Assembly (NCBI RefSeq): GCF_964355755.1
Contig: NC_092670.1
Span: forward strand, 300,201 to 364,200
DNA length: 64,000 nucleotides
Origin: Antedon mediterranea
Taxonomy: Eukaryota > Animalia > Echinodermata
Reading direction: 5' to 3'
Position 1 is the first letter of the stretch, and each line of letters opens with the position of its first letter. Positions 12,473 to 25,570 of the stretch are shown here, piece after piece. The notes under the pieces were generated by a model that had not been told where the DNA came from, searched no databases, and saw nothing but the letters and a program-made list of their open reading frames with translations. The translations under genes were made by a program, and so were the position numbers.

Positions 12473-15400
12473 CTTTTCTTTGGTGAAGTTATTTAATTTT
12501 GTTCGCGCAGTTTTATTTGAATCAGGTAGCCTACCATTTTTTCTCATTTGCTCAAACGTCACATATTTTCAGTTTTCCCCGAAAATGGCGACTCACTTGT
12601 TTATATATTTTGAGATGGTAATTTGCATATTCGTTATTGTTAATATTTTGTCAATATGGTTCAGAAAGTAAACCTATTGTTCCGGACTGAATGAATACAT
12701 GGGACCTTTTGATTTTTATAAACTCTTTTTCATTAATTTTACTAATTTTTTTACCGCGTTCAATTTAGACATGTTTTGTCACAAAATGCTCCAAACACAT
12801 TTTAGCCAATGCAATGCACAAAAAAAAAATAATAACGACGCAAACAACTCGTATACGACGGAAGTACTGTACCGTTACATGCGCGCCTCGCGTTGAATTA
12901 TTCGTTATAGTCGCGCGTACCTGATTGATTTTATTATAAAGTTAACCATACACGAACTTCATGATTGCATACGTCACACCATGTGCCGTGTGAACTCGGT
13001 GTGTACGCATCATTTCACCGTACTACTCTAGACCTTCAGAGACAGCAGGCTGATCGTGGTTGCCGTCAGGCAGGTCTGCGACTAGGTTTCAGATTTAAAA
13101 TGTGATAGTACATGAAAACAGCGCAAGGTAAGTGATTGTAAATGTACATTTAAAGACGTAAGCTGTACAGTAGTAAGGCCTAATAATTGTGATGAGCATT
13201 ATGAATGCCAAATTGTTAATTTTTTGACGAAATGATGCTACATTTGCTCAACGGCAAAGCCCCTAACCGATTCAAAGAAATACAAGTTACAAAACGAGTG
13301 TTTGTATTTTGTAAATAAAATTTTTAATTTATGGCTGTCAAGTTTTTATCACCAAAGTAGCCTAGGCTCCACGAAGTTTGTAGCCTATCGTGTGTTTTAC
13401 GGAGTTATTTTAAGCAAGGGGTTTTTAGTTAGGAACAGTTGTGCGTAGTTACGTACAACCCAGCGCCAGTGATTTAAGATAATAAAGTTCGGGCTGTTTA
13501 AACTTGATCGCATTTCTCAGGCTGTGTGTGGCTTGTCAAATCAAGACCTATCGCCTACAAGAAGACGCTGCGAAGGCGAGGGTTGTAATACTTATTGTAC
13601 ACGTAACCCCTACCTAGATATGTCCTCAAGTTACCTGTGTAGTGAGGGTGGTATTTTACTGGCGGAATTCCGAAGCTGTAGTTGGGCGAGAAACGTCACG
13701 GTTGTCTACCAACAACATCTTTACATAATGAAGCATCCTCCCTCCATACCTTTCTTTTATAAAACCACTCGGTGATTTTCTTAAAGTGATATATTTTGTA
13801 GATGTTAACTAATATTCTTTATTTTTGTAATGCAAACTTGTTTAGCTGAGTTTTATCATTTTGTACTCTTTATATATAATAAATCCAAAGGCAAAATACT
13901 GAAAAAATGACAATTCTGTGGGTAGGCCTATCAGTGGCTGGATCTCAACGATAAAGTAAAACAGAAAAGTTAGCAGAGCTTTCGGGCAACACTAACCCTT
14001 AATATTATATAATAAATATACATTAAAATAGATTTTTAAAATAAGGTGTCATACCGGTATTATGGCAAAAAAACATCGTCCAACCCATTCCAGATCACTA
14101 AATTAAATAACCTCCAACCTCTACACGTCAATATTTGAATCACTCAAGTACTTTATAATATATTTATAATATAATTATATTTACACGTAAAGGCGTTCGT
14201 TAAAACTATTTGTAAGTTAAGATAAATATGAATTCAATAAATTGCCATCCGGGATTGCCATGTGTTCCCAAATATCGTGATATGCGGGGTTTTGGACCAT
14301 GAAAGTGAACAACGCCACCTATAGTCGGAAATTGTTTTGCACGAGTAATTAAATACGATTCGTATGATTGAAGGAGTGGGTTTGGAGGGAGGGCGATGTG
14401 GGGGGCGGGGGATGTTGTAAGTGTTTAAATATTAAATATCACAAAACAATTTTATAACCACAAGGATTCAGGAAATTATTCCTTTGAAAAATATTTTTAA
14501 TGGAGATAAGTCTTTACTTAGTTGTCTATGCTTATTATAAAACATTGACAAACCCGTTTTTTTATCAAATTAACCGAGACAAATGTTTCACGAGTAAGAC
14601 AATTTAAATAGAGCTCATGTCTGCAACTTTGTAGATCTCATTAAATCAAATAAAGAAATATATGTATGCCTATAGTATTATAATGATTTTAAATTGTACA
14701 TACTTTAGAGATATTTGTTAATTCATCGAGCGAGATACCTGAACTAAAAATAATTCTTTACAAAAAAACTGTTTTAAAGCAGAGTTACACAGAATATTTT
14801 TAATTATAAATTCTGTATTTTAAATCGGATTTGGAAGACGATATGAATCTTATGTAAATTATAGATGATAAAACAGAGTGATAAGACCCTGTCCAGACGC
14901 ATTAAAGCAAGTGGCGCCAGAGAACGATCAACGCACCTGGCTTGATGAGTTCTCCGCTATATGCACTAATCCATGACAGTAGTTACAGGCTAAATAACAA
15001 AAACGATTATATTTTCACCCTCGGAAATCGCCTATCATTCTTTTCAAGTTCATCAAAACATCGACATTTTATAAGAAGTGTGTAGGCCCATTATGTTATT
15101 GTATAACGTAAAATGCACGCGGCTTCCGGATCGCCGATGGGCGAGTGAAGACCGAGGGATCTACGTTGGTGATCGAGTACCTAGCGACGACCGTAATGCA
15201 TTCTCTTCCGCTTTTTTTCATCTTTGAATATTAACATTTTGTCGATAGCAGCATACCTTACAACTATTTGTTATTCTAATTTCTCTGTTTAGGTTTATTT
15301 TACATTTAGGTCGGTAGATTACATTTTTTCCTTGTAAGTTATGTTGAGTTATGAATTTTAATTTCCAGTATTGTACGGCGCAGTCCTACACTATAGTCTA

Positions 15401-16664
15401 TTCAAACATATTTCTGGGTTGCGTTTCCGCTGTGTTTATATTTTGTGACGCCCGTGGCCGCGAATTTTTCCGTACCGTGGAGGGCCTTGAAATCTATGTA
15501 CTGCTGATGTGCGTGTATGTGTGTTTTTTAATGACGTAATATTAAGATATAGGACTACGACGTGATCAAAAGACAAATATTTGAACTTCGTTTGTTGCTG
15601 CTTCTTGCTTGTTTACCACACAGGACGTACGCAGACAAGGACGTAAGCGCAACGCAAGAGATTTGACCAATGACAAGTGACAGTTCAGATCCATCGCTTT
15701 TGATTGGTCAAATTGCTTGCGTTGCGTATCCTTGTTGCGCGCGTCCTAACCACCCCGAAACTTAATAACTCAACGCAGACGGCTTGATGCGTATAAACGT
15801 CGTAAAATACGCGCGTAAGAAATAAAACGTTGACCGCCTACTCAGAGTTTCTCTCTTGAGCAAAAAACGAAATCTTAAACATTCAAAACAAAAGTCGGAT
15901 AAGTCGGACTTTTTAAATTATCAAAGTGAAAGCAGATTTAAAGATAAATTGTCTTTGTCGCGGAAATAATCGAATTAATAGAAGAATACTGAACTATTGT
16001 GAATGTATTATCCGACATTGAGATTGTTCGAATGAATCTACATTTAACAATTGATTTCGTCGGCGGTGTTGAATCACAGACAAAGCAGTATTTTTGTCAT
16101 TTTTATTGGTTAATCAACAGAATATTGAATTTACTTCAATATCATCAAGTTTTTAATTGTGCAAACAAAAATATCACCTTGTTTAAGTTTCGTGACATGA
16201 TAAAAATGATCAATTAAATTAAACAGGGTCTGCGCTGGCGATAAGAAGAAACTTAGTAAGGATATTGAGATGATGCATTTTGTGTTCATGAATTAAGATT
16301 ATCAATAATAAGACCAAGTTGGTGGTAAAACAAAAACACTCTTTGGATTCAGTTTATTGCTATTGCTAATCACAGTAAAATATGCTCTATCATTATCAAA
16401 TTAGTTTGACAAAAAAAAACAAATATGGTAGTGATATGCTTAAATTATGGTAGTTATTTTCATGGGCACATCACATTTTGTTCTCACATAAAGTCTGATA
16501 GTGTAGACAAGTCTTTACACATAGATTTTGCTCTGTGAGTGAGCAGCAACGGATGAATTGAATTTGTATCATCATATCTCTGTTTATCCAAATTCTTATG
16601 AATTCACATGTGAAATGTGTTGCTGATTTTAATGTTAGTTTGTAAACAGTGATTAACACTCTAG

Positions 16665-16985
16665 CGATCCACTAAACCACACCCAACCATACTTTATTAA
16701 TGCGTCAACTAGGAACAACAAACGCGAGAAGATCCACTAAACCACACCTAACCATACTATATTAATGCGTCAACCAGGAACAACAAACGCGAGAAGATCC
16801 ACCAAACCACACCTAACCATACTATATTAATGCGTCAACTAGGAACAACAAACGCGAGAAGATCAACTAAACCACACCTTACCATACTATATTAATGCGT
16901 CAACTAGGAACAACAAACGCGAGAAGATCACTAAACCAAACCTAACATACTTTATTAATGCGTCAACTAGGAACAACAGACGCGA
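16665..16985. repeat. Tandem repeat of about 65 bp, 5 copies
   Basis: Unit gatccactaaaccacacctaaccatactatattaatgcgtcaactaggaacaacaaacgcgagaa. Confidence 0.93.
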
Positions 16986-17590
16986 TAATTTTAAATTAAA
17001 CGCGATTACATCTCGATTGGGGAGCAGACTTACAGCAGAGAAATTGCATGCGAAATAATAATATTGCAATTATTGCAACACCTCCGGCTAAAGGTCTTCG
17101 CCAGAGAGATCATTGGAAAGACGGCACTACAGCACCTGAAGGAAAAATTGAATGATTATACAATAGTTTAATTCAATATAATATTTTCGGCTTTGTTGAT
17201 GTTTTGAATGATATGATCATTATACATAATCAGTTGCATCGTTTAGATCGAAATGAATCAAAGAGAATACCGAAATGATCATCAAATTATAAAACGGACG
17301 TCACAATCACGTTTGACAAAAAATTAGTCCAAAGGGTCCTGATTATAGAAATGCAAATTGGCTCTCTCTGTTTTCGTTGTTACAGAAAACAAACGAATTG
17401 TTTTTGTTCGAACGCTTCAAGGTGCGAAGGGAAGAGAAGCCGAGGACAATTGCCGGAGACATCAAAGAGCAAAGCTTCATTATAAGCTGTAATGAATTCA
17501 ATGGCGTATTAGTGCAGCATTACGCCTGGGTACACCTTTACTACACGCTTCACTCCTTCGGTGTAAGCTGTGCTAGTGTGGTGCAACTAA

Positions 17591-18309
17591 GGGCCTGTTC
17601 GTAGGGGTTGAAAATACCAGCTTATTCCCGATTTCCGTTCGCGTGATCCAATTAACTTTTGCCTCAGGCTACAAAAAATTCGAGGTAAAATGTTCACCAA
17701 ATTTGCAGGTTATTTCAGCGATAATCCAATTATACTCGGCCTTCGAGGATAATAAATCTCCGATAGAGGCAATGTGTCAAATTTTGACAAACGTTCGCTG
17801 CCTAGGCCCGTCATTTCTCCTACGAAGCTCTTCCATACACGCTTCGAGAGCGATCGTCAGCTGGTGCTGTCCTTGTTGGTGTAGACCGCTTAGTCAAGGC
17901 CTAGCTGGTCGGGGAGCCGCTGGTCGGTGGTTTTTCCGTCGTGTAACATTGGGCTCAAATTCTTCGTCAATGAGTAAAATAATGGTCGTCAGGAGAAGGC
18001 ATATTTCGGCAGGATTATCGGCGTTAAGAGGCATAAGGTTTGTCGCTAGGATAAGCAGTGTAAAAGGTAGCAAGTAATTGTTATTGTAAAGAAAGATCGC
18101 GAGTAAAAAATATACAACACGAAACTAGCGTGCGAAAATGGGGTCGTAGGTTGTAAAGACAACTGACCTTAAAACGTAATTTCCGGTTTGTGATTCGTCG
18201 ATTAAGCATTTTAAGCGGTTAAATATTTCAAGTACGAACAACGCTCAATTTATAACCCGAGGCATGGGTGAAATTAAGCGCTTATTTTAACCACCGTACG
18301 AACACGACC
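17591..18309 (-). mobile_element. Internally deleted PIF/Harbinger element with a possible transposase N-terminal relic
   Basis: taa|gggcctgttcgta ... tacgaacacgacc|taa (imperfect TIR, TAA TSD). Minus strand reads ..PARP*LSGLHQQGQHQL..MEELRRRND, reminiscent of Harbinger transposase N-termini. Confidence 0.65.
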
Positions 18310-20935
18310 TAAGAATGTATAAAAATGACTGAGAACGCATTCGCTAATTCTTCTCATACAAGTTGCGTTACGCACTTAAGTTGCGCACGGCACGTTAAAT
18401 AACTTGATATTAATAAATTATAAAGAAAGTCAATGACTTGAATTATTATGTAGTAAATATAAACCCAGCAGAAGAATTAAGACAAAAGAATTCAAACAAT
18501 GGCGGATGCAACGGATTAATCCTTGTATGCCTCCTATTGTTAATATAAGATCACTTTGTATTTTCGTAGCGGCTTAGACGAGTGATGGTTGTATATCAGA
18601 CAAGAGTGAAAATTCAATTAAAAATTAATGTAATTTCACTCTTATCCGATCCCTGTATATAGTGTGTTATTACCATTGGCAAGCACTGGCGTGTATTTCT
18701 AAATGTTGTCTAATAAAGTTGTGTGTATAAACTCTCACTTTTTTAGTCCGTATATTCGGGTAAGCCTGCCTCGTTTAGAATGTTAGATGATTCTCCACGG
18801 TTGGTGACGTCACACTGGGTCTATTTATTGTACAGAGTACAGCATTATTGTTTGAGTGCCTTCAGCACTTGGCGGCTACTGTGTGATGAATAATCTACGA
18901 TCGTTTTGTGTTCATTAACAAAGAAATAGTCTAGAATCGAAATTGGTTACCGTTGTATCAATTGCCTTATAACAGAACGAAAACCTGAGCCATTCCGATA
19001 TCGTGATGAATATTTGTCATATTTTTGGCCGCGGTCATTTCGTTCTTAAATAGTTATGTATTGGTCGCGTATTTTATTGGTATTGAACCATAGATGATGA
19101 ACCACCATTTCCGGAGTTACGGTTCTTAAATCATTATGTATTGGCCGCGTATTTATTGATGGTATTTATAGGTATTGAATCATGGATAATGAAGCACCAT
19201 TCCCGGAATGCATGTTTGTCGGCAAAGGCTTTCCATATTTCTTTTTCTTCAATGTATATTTAATATAGCTAGCCTATATCTTGATGGTGGTTCAGCCAAC
19301 GCACTTTATTTCTGTTTATATCTCTTTAATCTGCCTTTGTAATTGAAGCCGAGTCGATGTCGGCGTTCCTCTGTACTTGCCGCGACACACCAGAATTAAA
19401 TTATAAGCACGACCATTTTAATACTTCTCAGAGTACGCATTAAACAGTGTATTGCATTTATTGGCTTCTTTACAGTTTCTTGTCTTGGCTAATAATGTTT
19501 ATGAGAAGCCGAAATTGCGCCGAATTTTTCATGTAAATAATAATTTAATAAGTTCGTTCTAATACATGATAGCCACAAAGTCAAAATGAATAAAGTAATC
19601 GGCAGTAATTTAGGGGTAGTAACAAAGTGCGAGGCAGCGAGGCACGCGAGGCAGGGAAGGCATGCGAGGCAAGTCAGAAATTTATGCGAGGCATCGTTTT
19701 ACCATCATCAAAAAATGCGAGGCATCATTTTATCATTTCTCAAAATTGCAAGGCAGGAAATCACCGAAATTGAAGTAGCCTAGGCCTAGGCCCGCTAGGC
19801 TAGTTTCCTTTTGCACCTGCCTTGTATTTTAACCAACTTTATCCTGAATACCACAGCTTAGAATTAGTAGGCCTACTTTAATGAAGAAAAATCACATAAA
19901 AGTAACAATAAATCCATTAAATTGGTGATTTTACAGACGTTGTTTTTCTCGCATTTCGCACACTCAATGTTCAATATTTTGGTTTCTATGGAACGCCAAA
20001 AGAGCAAAATTAATTAGAGGGCTAAAAACTCTGTGGAATCCATTTATATTTAACGCATTATTTGGTGAAAATCAAGTACAATTTCAATGGATTTTGTCAC
20101 TGTCAGTAATGAAAAATGTTACTGTTGATAATGTACACGGTTTCGTTAACATTTTAAAGAATAAAATAGAAAAATTCATCATAATATCCTTAGTAGGATG
20201 TCCTAGGTCTAGACTAGGTAGTGATGTTGATTTAGGATCGATTATTATTCTTTGAAAACAGAACAGTATCAGCAGTAACATATTACAGCATTTTTATTGA
20301 CAAATTAACAAATATATTGAAATAAAACGTGTTTTTCACCAATAAATGCATGAGAAATTGACGCATTCCACTGAGTTTTAGTCCTCTATTATCGTTGCTC
20401 TTTTGGCGCTCCATAGAAACAAAAATATTGAACATTGAATAAGTGAAATTCGCGAACAGTGTGCGAGAAACGGATGCTAGTCAAGTCGCCCCATCGCAAA
20501 GTCGCCCCATACAAAGTCGCCCCTTACACAGTCGCCCCATCGCAAAGTCGCCCCAAAACAAGGTCGCCCCGACACAGTCGCCCCATCGCAAAGTCGCCCC
20601 ATCACAAAGTCGCCCCAACGCAAAGTCGCCCCATCACAAAGTCGCCCTATCGCAAAGTCGCCCAAAACGTTAAAAAAATAGTTTACAAGTGCGTAAAATG
20701 TCGCAATGATACACAAAATAACACGGAACGTGTGTAGGCATAAAAGGGGAAGCCCCGCCATGTAGTCTCAGGTCACACGATCGGCACGCACCACCCCCCA
20801 TCATCAGAGTGGAAACCCCGACTAATCACTCAGCGGTCGCACTAACGTGCTAGCTTACCAGCAGAGGGAAACCCCGTAATTAATCCGCCGTTGTCGCACT
20901 ACAACGCACCATCTGAAGATGGGGAAACCCCGCCG

Positions 20936-22324
20936 GAGTTTTACGATGATATCAGTCGCGTTCGAAATCGGTCGCGTTTAATTTTGGTCGCGATAAAATG
21001 ATGTTATACGATCTAGATTATTTTTACTTTGGTCGATGAATATTTATTGTTATTATTTAGGCCTATATTAATAATTGATTTTTGTTTTTATTTTACAGGT
21101 CAGTATGATGGGAAAGATGTGTGCCTTAAAAAAATGACAATTTGTAAACATAGTTTAAGATTATAGTATTATCCAGCATAATGTCATTTGACAGTACATA
21201 ATTATTTAAATGTGAAATATTTTATAGGAAACGTAGGCTGCGTCTGTGTCTTTTATTTTATATGCAACAAATTACGTAAAACAATTTATTTATAAACATT
21301 CAGTTTAGTATTATATACATAGTATTACAATGAACATTGATTGTAAGCCTGGAAAGGCAATCCCATCATTATATCAATTATAAAATTGCATCATATTATC
21401 ACCACTATATGTCGTAAATGATGACGTGCGTGTGTGTATTCGTCGTACGTCTGTGTACGTATTATTCCGTGCCTCTTCACTGTCTTGTTTAATTTAAAAT
21501 TAAATATACACCCGATATGAGGATATTTATTAGGCATGTTAATTAGAATGTTCTAAAACCAAAAGGGTTGAAAAGAATTTCTTCAGTAAAATGATCATTG
21601 TGCTGTTGAATAAAAGTCGACTCGCCATCTTAAACATTCCCTGAAACCAATCGGAGCTGCGCCTTCTGTTATCTGTTTCCTCACAGCTGCTACGTCTTTC
21701 TGCTGACCGTCGGGGATTCCCCTTTTTAAAAAACACGCACACGATACTGTACGATGGTTTTTCTATGGTCAAAATGTAGCGTTTTAAATTTTACTAAAAT
21801 ACCTGCATGTAAAACAATCATATCGGCGATGAAATCCTTTTTTTTTTCTTCATTTTGAAAAGTCATTATAAAAGTAAGACACATAACTTGTCAATAAATG
21901 CAAAATGATCAATAAGTAGCCTATAACACTCATTGTCTTACAACATTGTTTTACAACTCATTGTCTTACAAATCTATACGAAGGCCTACACATTTATACA
22001 TTTATTATACTATCCTAAAAAATGAGCTGGTATCCAGGCGTAGGTTGAAGAAAGATTCGTAATTGTGGCTCTGGTAACTAATTTAACATTTTCGAAACTA
22101 TAAATCAGGGATAATCTTTTTAGAACTTTCAAACAAGGGACTATTTTTTTAATGATTTTTAAAAAGCACATCACTCCATTAAAACCGGTAAAATAAAAAT
22201 TAAAACACAAATTATGTATATAATAGGATAAACATTGTAATGTAGGCCTAGGGCCTATACGACATTTAGCGCGACCAAAGTAACAACGCAATCGATATCA
22301 AACGCAACCGATATGATTAAAACA
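20936..22324. mobile_element. Degraded W-family element (W1) within Y
   Basis: Degenerate aaatcggtcgcg subrepeats at both ends. Interior similar, in inverse orientation, to W2 (aaggggaa(t/a)ccccg..gaggaaacag..atgatcattttact). TSD not resolved. Confidence 0.6.
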
Positions 22325-22349
22325 GCGTACTACGGCGGCGCTTCATAAT

Positions 22350-24412
22350 GAGTGTTGACAAAGTGCGAGGCAGCGAGGCACGCGAGGCATGCGCGGCATG
22401 CCAAATATTTGTGCGAGGCATCATTTTATCATTTCCAAAAGTGCGAGGCATATAGTTTACAATTTCAAAAAGGTGCGAGGCATATCTTAACGTGCTATTA
22501 TGCTATATTATAGGCCTAATAATCAATCGATACAAGCGTATCTAAATAGATTCGTGTATACACTCATCATGTTGTTTATTTTTATGTAACGATTGTTTTT
22601 TCATTCAAGTCATATCGTGTCAAATTTTACTTTTACAAAAGTGCCCAAACTACGGTTCAAAAATCTGAACGACAGTCTTCAACTTTCGATAAACAATAAT
22701 TGTTATAGCGACACACTCATCAAATGACTGCAATGTTTGTTGGCATTTCGAGCGTGTTCACTCACATGTCTCTCGAACATAGCAGAGTGAAAATAATATT
22801 TTGTCACACCCCTGCGCCTAGATCCGGTAGACCCGAGAGATGGAAAATCCCTCTTTACTATTTAGCAGGTAGCGGAATGATTCAGCCCTCAGCTCAGAGG
22901 ATTGTGGTGCATTCCCCTCCTATAGCACGTGGTTTCAGCAGCAACGCACAGACTTCTCTCTGAGCGGCGTGCCAAAGACATTTTTGACATTCCATTCTCT
23001 AGGAACAACACGTGTACCTCTCTCGCAAATAAGGTGAACAGCGATTGCCAGGACAAGTTCAATAACTGGCGGTGAATAAAAGGTAACTGATATGCCGATC
23101 CAATAACATGCCGCAAAGAAAAAAATTGCGACAGAATTCTGGAGCGCGTGTGAAAAAAGACTTACGTCCGACAATTGTAATACTAGGCCTAAAATTAAAC
23201 TTTAGCTAATATGCTTAGCCCTAACCTAGATAAAGGCCTATGTAGAAAATAATTTAATCAATTTTGATAAAATAATAATTGGTGTAATATTTAATAATGA
23301 TACACTATTCCTGTTTTAGTAAGCTAGGTATATTACGAACGATTTTTATTTATTGTTGTCCATGTACGTACTAATAAACCTGGCGCTAGTTTCCTTCGCT
23401 TGTATTTTTACTCCAAATTTGATAACTAACTTTATCGTGTGAATACCACACCTTAGAAGTATACCTCATGAGTACTTTAATGAAAGAATCACATAAAAAG
23501 TAACAAATAAATCCTTAAATTAATGATTTTACAGGCGTGTTTCTCGCACACTGTTCGCGAATTTCACTTATTCAATGTTCAATATTTTTGTTTCTATGGA
23601 GCGCCAAAAGAGCAACGATAATAGAGGACTAAAACTCAGTGGAATGCGTCAATTTCTCATGCATTTATTGGTGAAAAACACGTTTTATTTCAATATATTT
23701 GTTAATTTGTCAATAAAAATGTTGTAATATGTTACTGCTGATACTGTTCTGTTTTCAAAGAATAATAATCGATCCTAAATCAACATCACTACCTAGTCTA
23801 GACCTAGGACATCCTACTAAGGATATTATGATGAATTTTTCTATTTTATTCTTTAAAAGGTTAACGAAACCGTGTACATTATCAACAGTAACATTTTTCC
23901 TTACTGACAGTGACAAAATCTATTGAAATTGTACTTGATTTTCACCAAATAATGCGTTAAATATAAATGGATTCCACAGAGTTTTTAGCCCTCTAATTAA
24001 TTTTGCTCTCTAATTAATTTTGCTCTTTTGGCGTTCCATAGAAACCAAAATATTGAACATTGAGTGTGCGAAATGCGAGAAAAACAACGTCTGTAAAATC
24101 ACCAATTTAATGGATTTATTGTTACTTTAATGTGATTTTTCTTCATTAAAGTATGCCTAATTCTAAGCTGTGGTATTCAGGATAAAGCCTTGGTTAAATT
24201 ACAAGGCAGGTGCAAAAGGAAACTAGCCTAGCGGGCCTAGGCCTAGGCTACTTCAATTTCGGTGATTTCCTGCCTTGCAATTTTGAGAAATGATAAAATG
24301 ATGCCTCGCATTTTTTGATGATGGTAAAACGATGCCTCGCATAAATTTCTGACTTGCCTCGCATGCCTTCCCTGCCTCGCGTGCCTCGCTGCCTCGCACT
24401 TTGTTACTACCC
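22350..24412 (-). mobile_element. Element X, intact inner copy (2063 bp), inverted, inserted in Y
   Basis: gagtgttgacaaagtgcgaggc ... gcactttgttactaccc; 9-bp TSD cttcataat at 22341-22349 and 24413-24421. Confidence 0.93.
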
Positions 24413-25570
24413 CTTCATAATCATACCGAAATAAAACCGTGGGCGAGTTTGCGATGGGGCGACTTTGCGATGGGGCGACTTTGCGATGGGGCGACTTTGC
24501 GTTGGGGCGACTTTGCGATGGGGCGACTTTGCGATGGGGCGACTGTGCCTGGGCGACTTTGTTTTTGGGCAACTTTGCGATGGGGCGACTTTGTATGGGG
24601 CGACTTTGCGATGGGGCGACTTGACTGGATCCCCGAGAAACACGCCTGTAAAATCATTAATTTAAGGATTTATTTGTTACTTTTTATGTGATTCTTTCAT
24701 TAAAGTACTCATGAGGTATACTTCTAAGGTGTGGTATTCACACGATAAAGTTAGTTATCAAATTTGGAGTAAAAATACAAGCGAAGGAAACTAGCGCCAG
24801 GTTTATTAATACGTACATGGACAACAATAAATAAAAATCGTTCGTAATATATCTAGCTTACTAAAACAGGAATAGTGTATCATTATTAAATATTACACCA
24901 ATTATTATTATATCAAAATTGATTAAATTATTTTCTACATAGGCCTCTTATCTAGGTTAGGGCTAAGCATATTAGCTGAAGTTTAATTTTAGGCCTAGTA
25001 TTACAATTGTCGGACGTAAATCTTTTTTCACACGCGCTCCAGAATTCTGTCGCAATTTTTTTCTTTGCGGCATGTTATTGGATCGCCATATCAGTTACCT
25101 TTTATTCACCGCCAGTTATTGAACTTGTCCTGGCAATCGCTGTTCACCTTATTTGCGAGAGAGGTACACCACACGTGTTGTTCCTAGAGAATGGAATGTC
25201 AAAAATGTCTTTGGCACGCCGCTCAGAGAGAAGTCTGTGCGTTGCTGCTGAAACCACGTGCTATAGGAGGGGAATGCACCACAATCCTCTGAGCTGAGGG
25301 CTGAATCATTCCGCTACCTGCTAAATAGTAAAGAGGGATTTTCCATCTCTCGGGTCTACCGGATCTAGGCGCAGGGGTGTGACAAAATATTATTTTCACT
25401 CTGCTATGTTCGAGAGACATGTGAGTGAACACGCTCGAAATGGGGTGTGTAGAAAGCGACGACCTCGAATTGGACGACCCCAACGACCCGGGCGACCTCG
25501 AATTGGACGACCTAGAATTGGACGACCCATAACACGAAACCGACGACCCCTATAATAGCCTAGCCTAGCC

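Larger units (their letters stand above)
20472..24633. mobile_element. Element Y, with TIRs made of 16-bp aaagtcgccccatcgc repeats, inserted in X
   Basis: Inverted arrays at about 20480-20665 and 24440-24625. 8-bp TSD cgagaaac at 20464-20471 and 24634-24641; the empty site is visible in the inner X copy. Confidence 0.9.

Noticed and set aside
12560-12905. Possible Helentron/Helitron-like end downstream of the minisatellite (similar hints at about 40-230 and 1615-1720)
   Set aside because: Only a weak hairpin and no second copy in the window to define boundaries.
15115-15220. GC-rich stretch ending in a T-run (possible Pol III RNA)
   Set aside because: No clear A/B boxes and no similarity to an RNA family I can recognise.
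17643-18077. 144-aa + strand ORF
   Set aside because: GTG start, no domain, and it lies inside a Harbinger-derived element, antisense to the probable relic.
20443-20761. Overlapping repetitive ORFs (KSPHRKVAPSQSRP..), also at 24243-24691
   Set aside because: They are translations of the stop-free 16-bp subterminal repeats of element Y, not genes.
20745-20935. CRISPR-like repeat-spacer appearance; the 43-bp and 89-bp arrays were also considered
   Set aside because: The repeats are short and degenerate or lack unique spacers, there are no cas genes, and the context is eukaryotic.
19614-24412. A single element with about 860-bp perfect TIRs (and likewise 22350-30050)
   Set aside because: TSDs pair 19614 with 30050 and 22350 with 24412; the long inverted repeats come from two nested copies in opposite orientation.
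22724-25483. Duplicated 65-96 aa ORFs in both X copies
   Set aside because: No recognisable domain; they are duplicated only because the element is duplicated.
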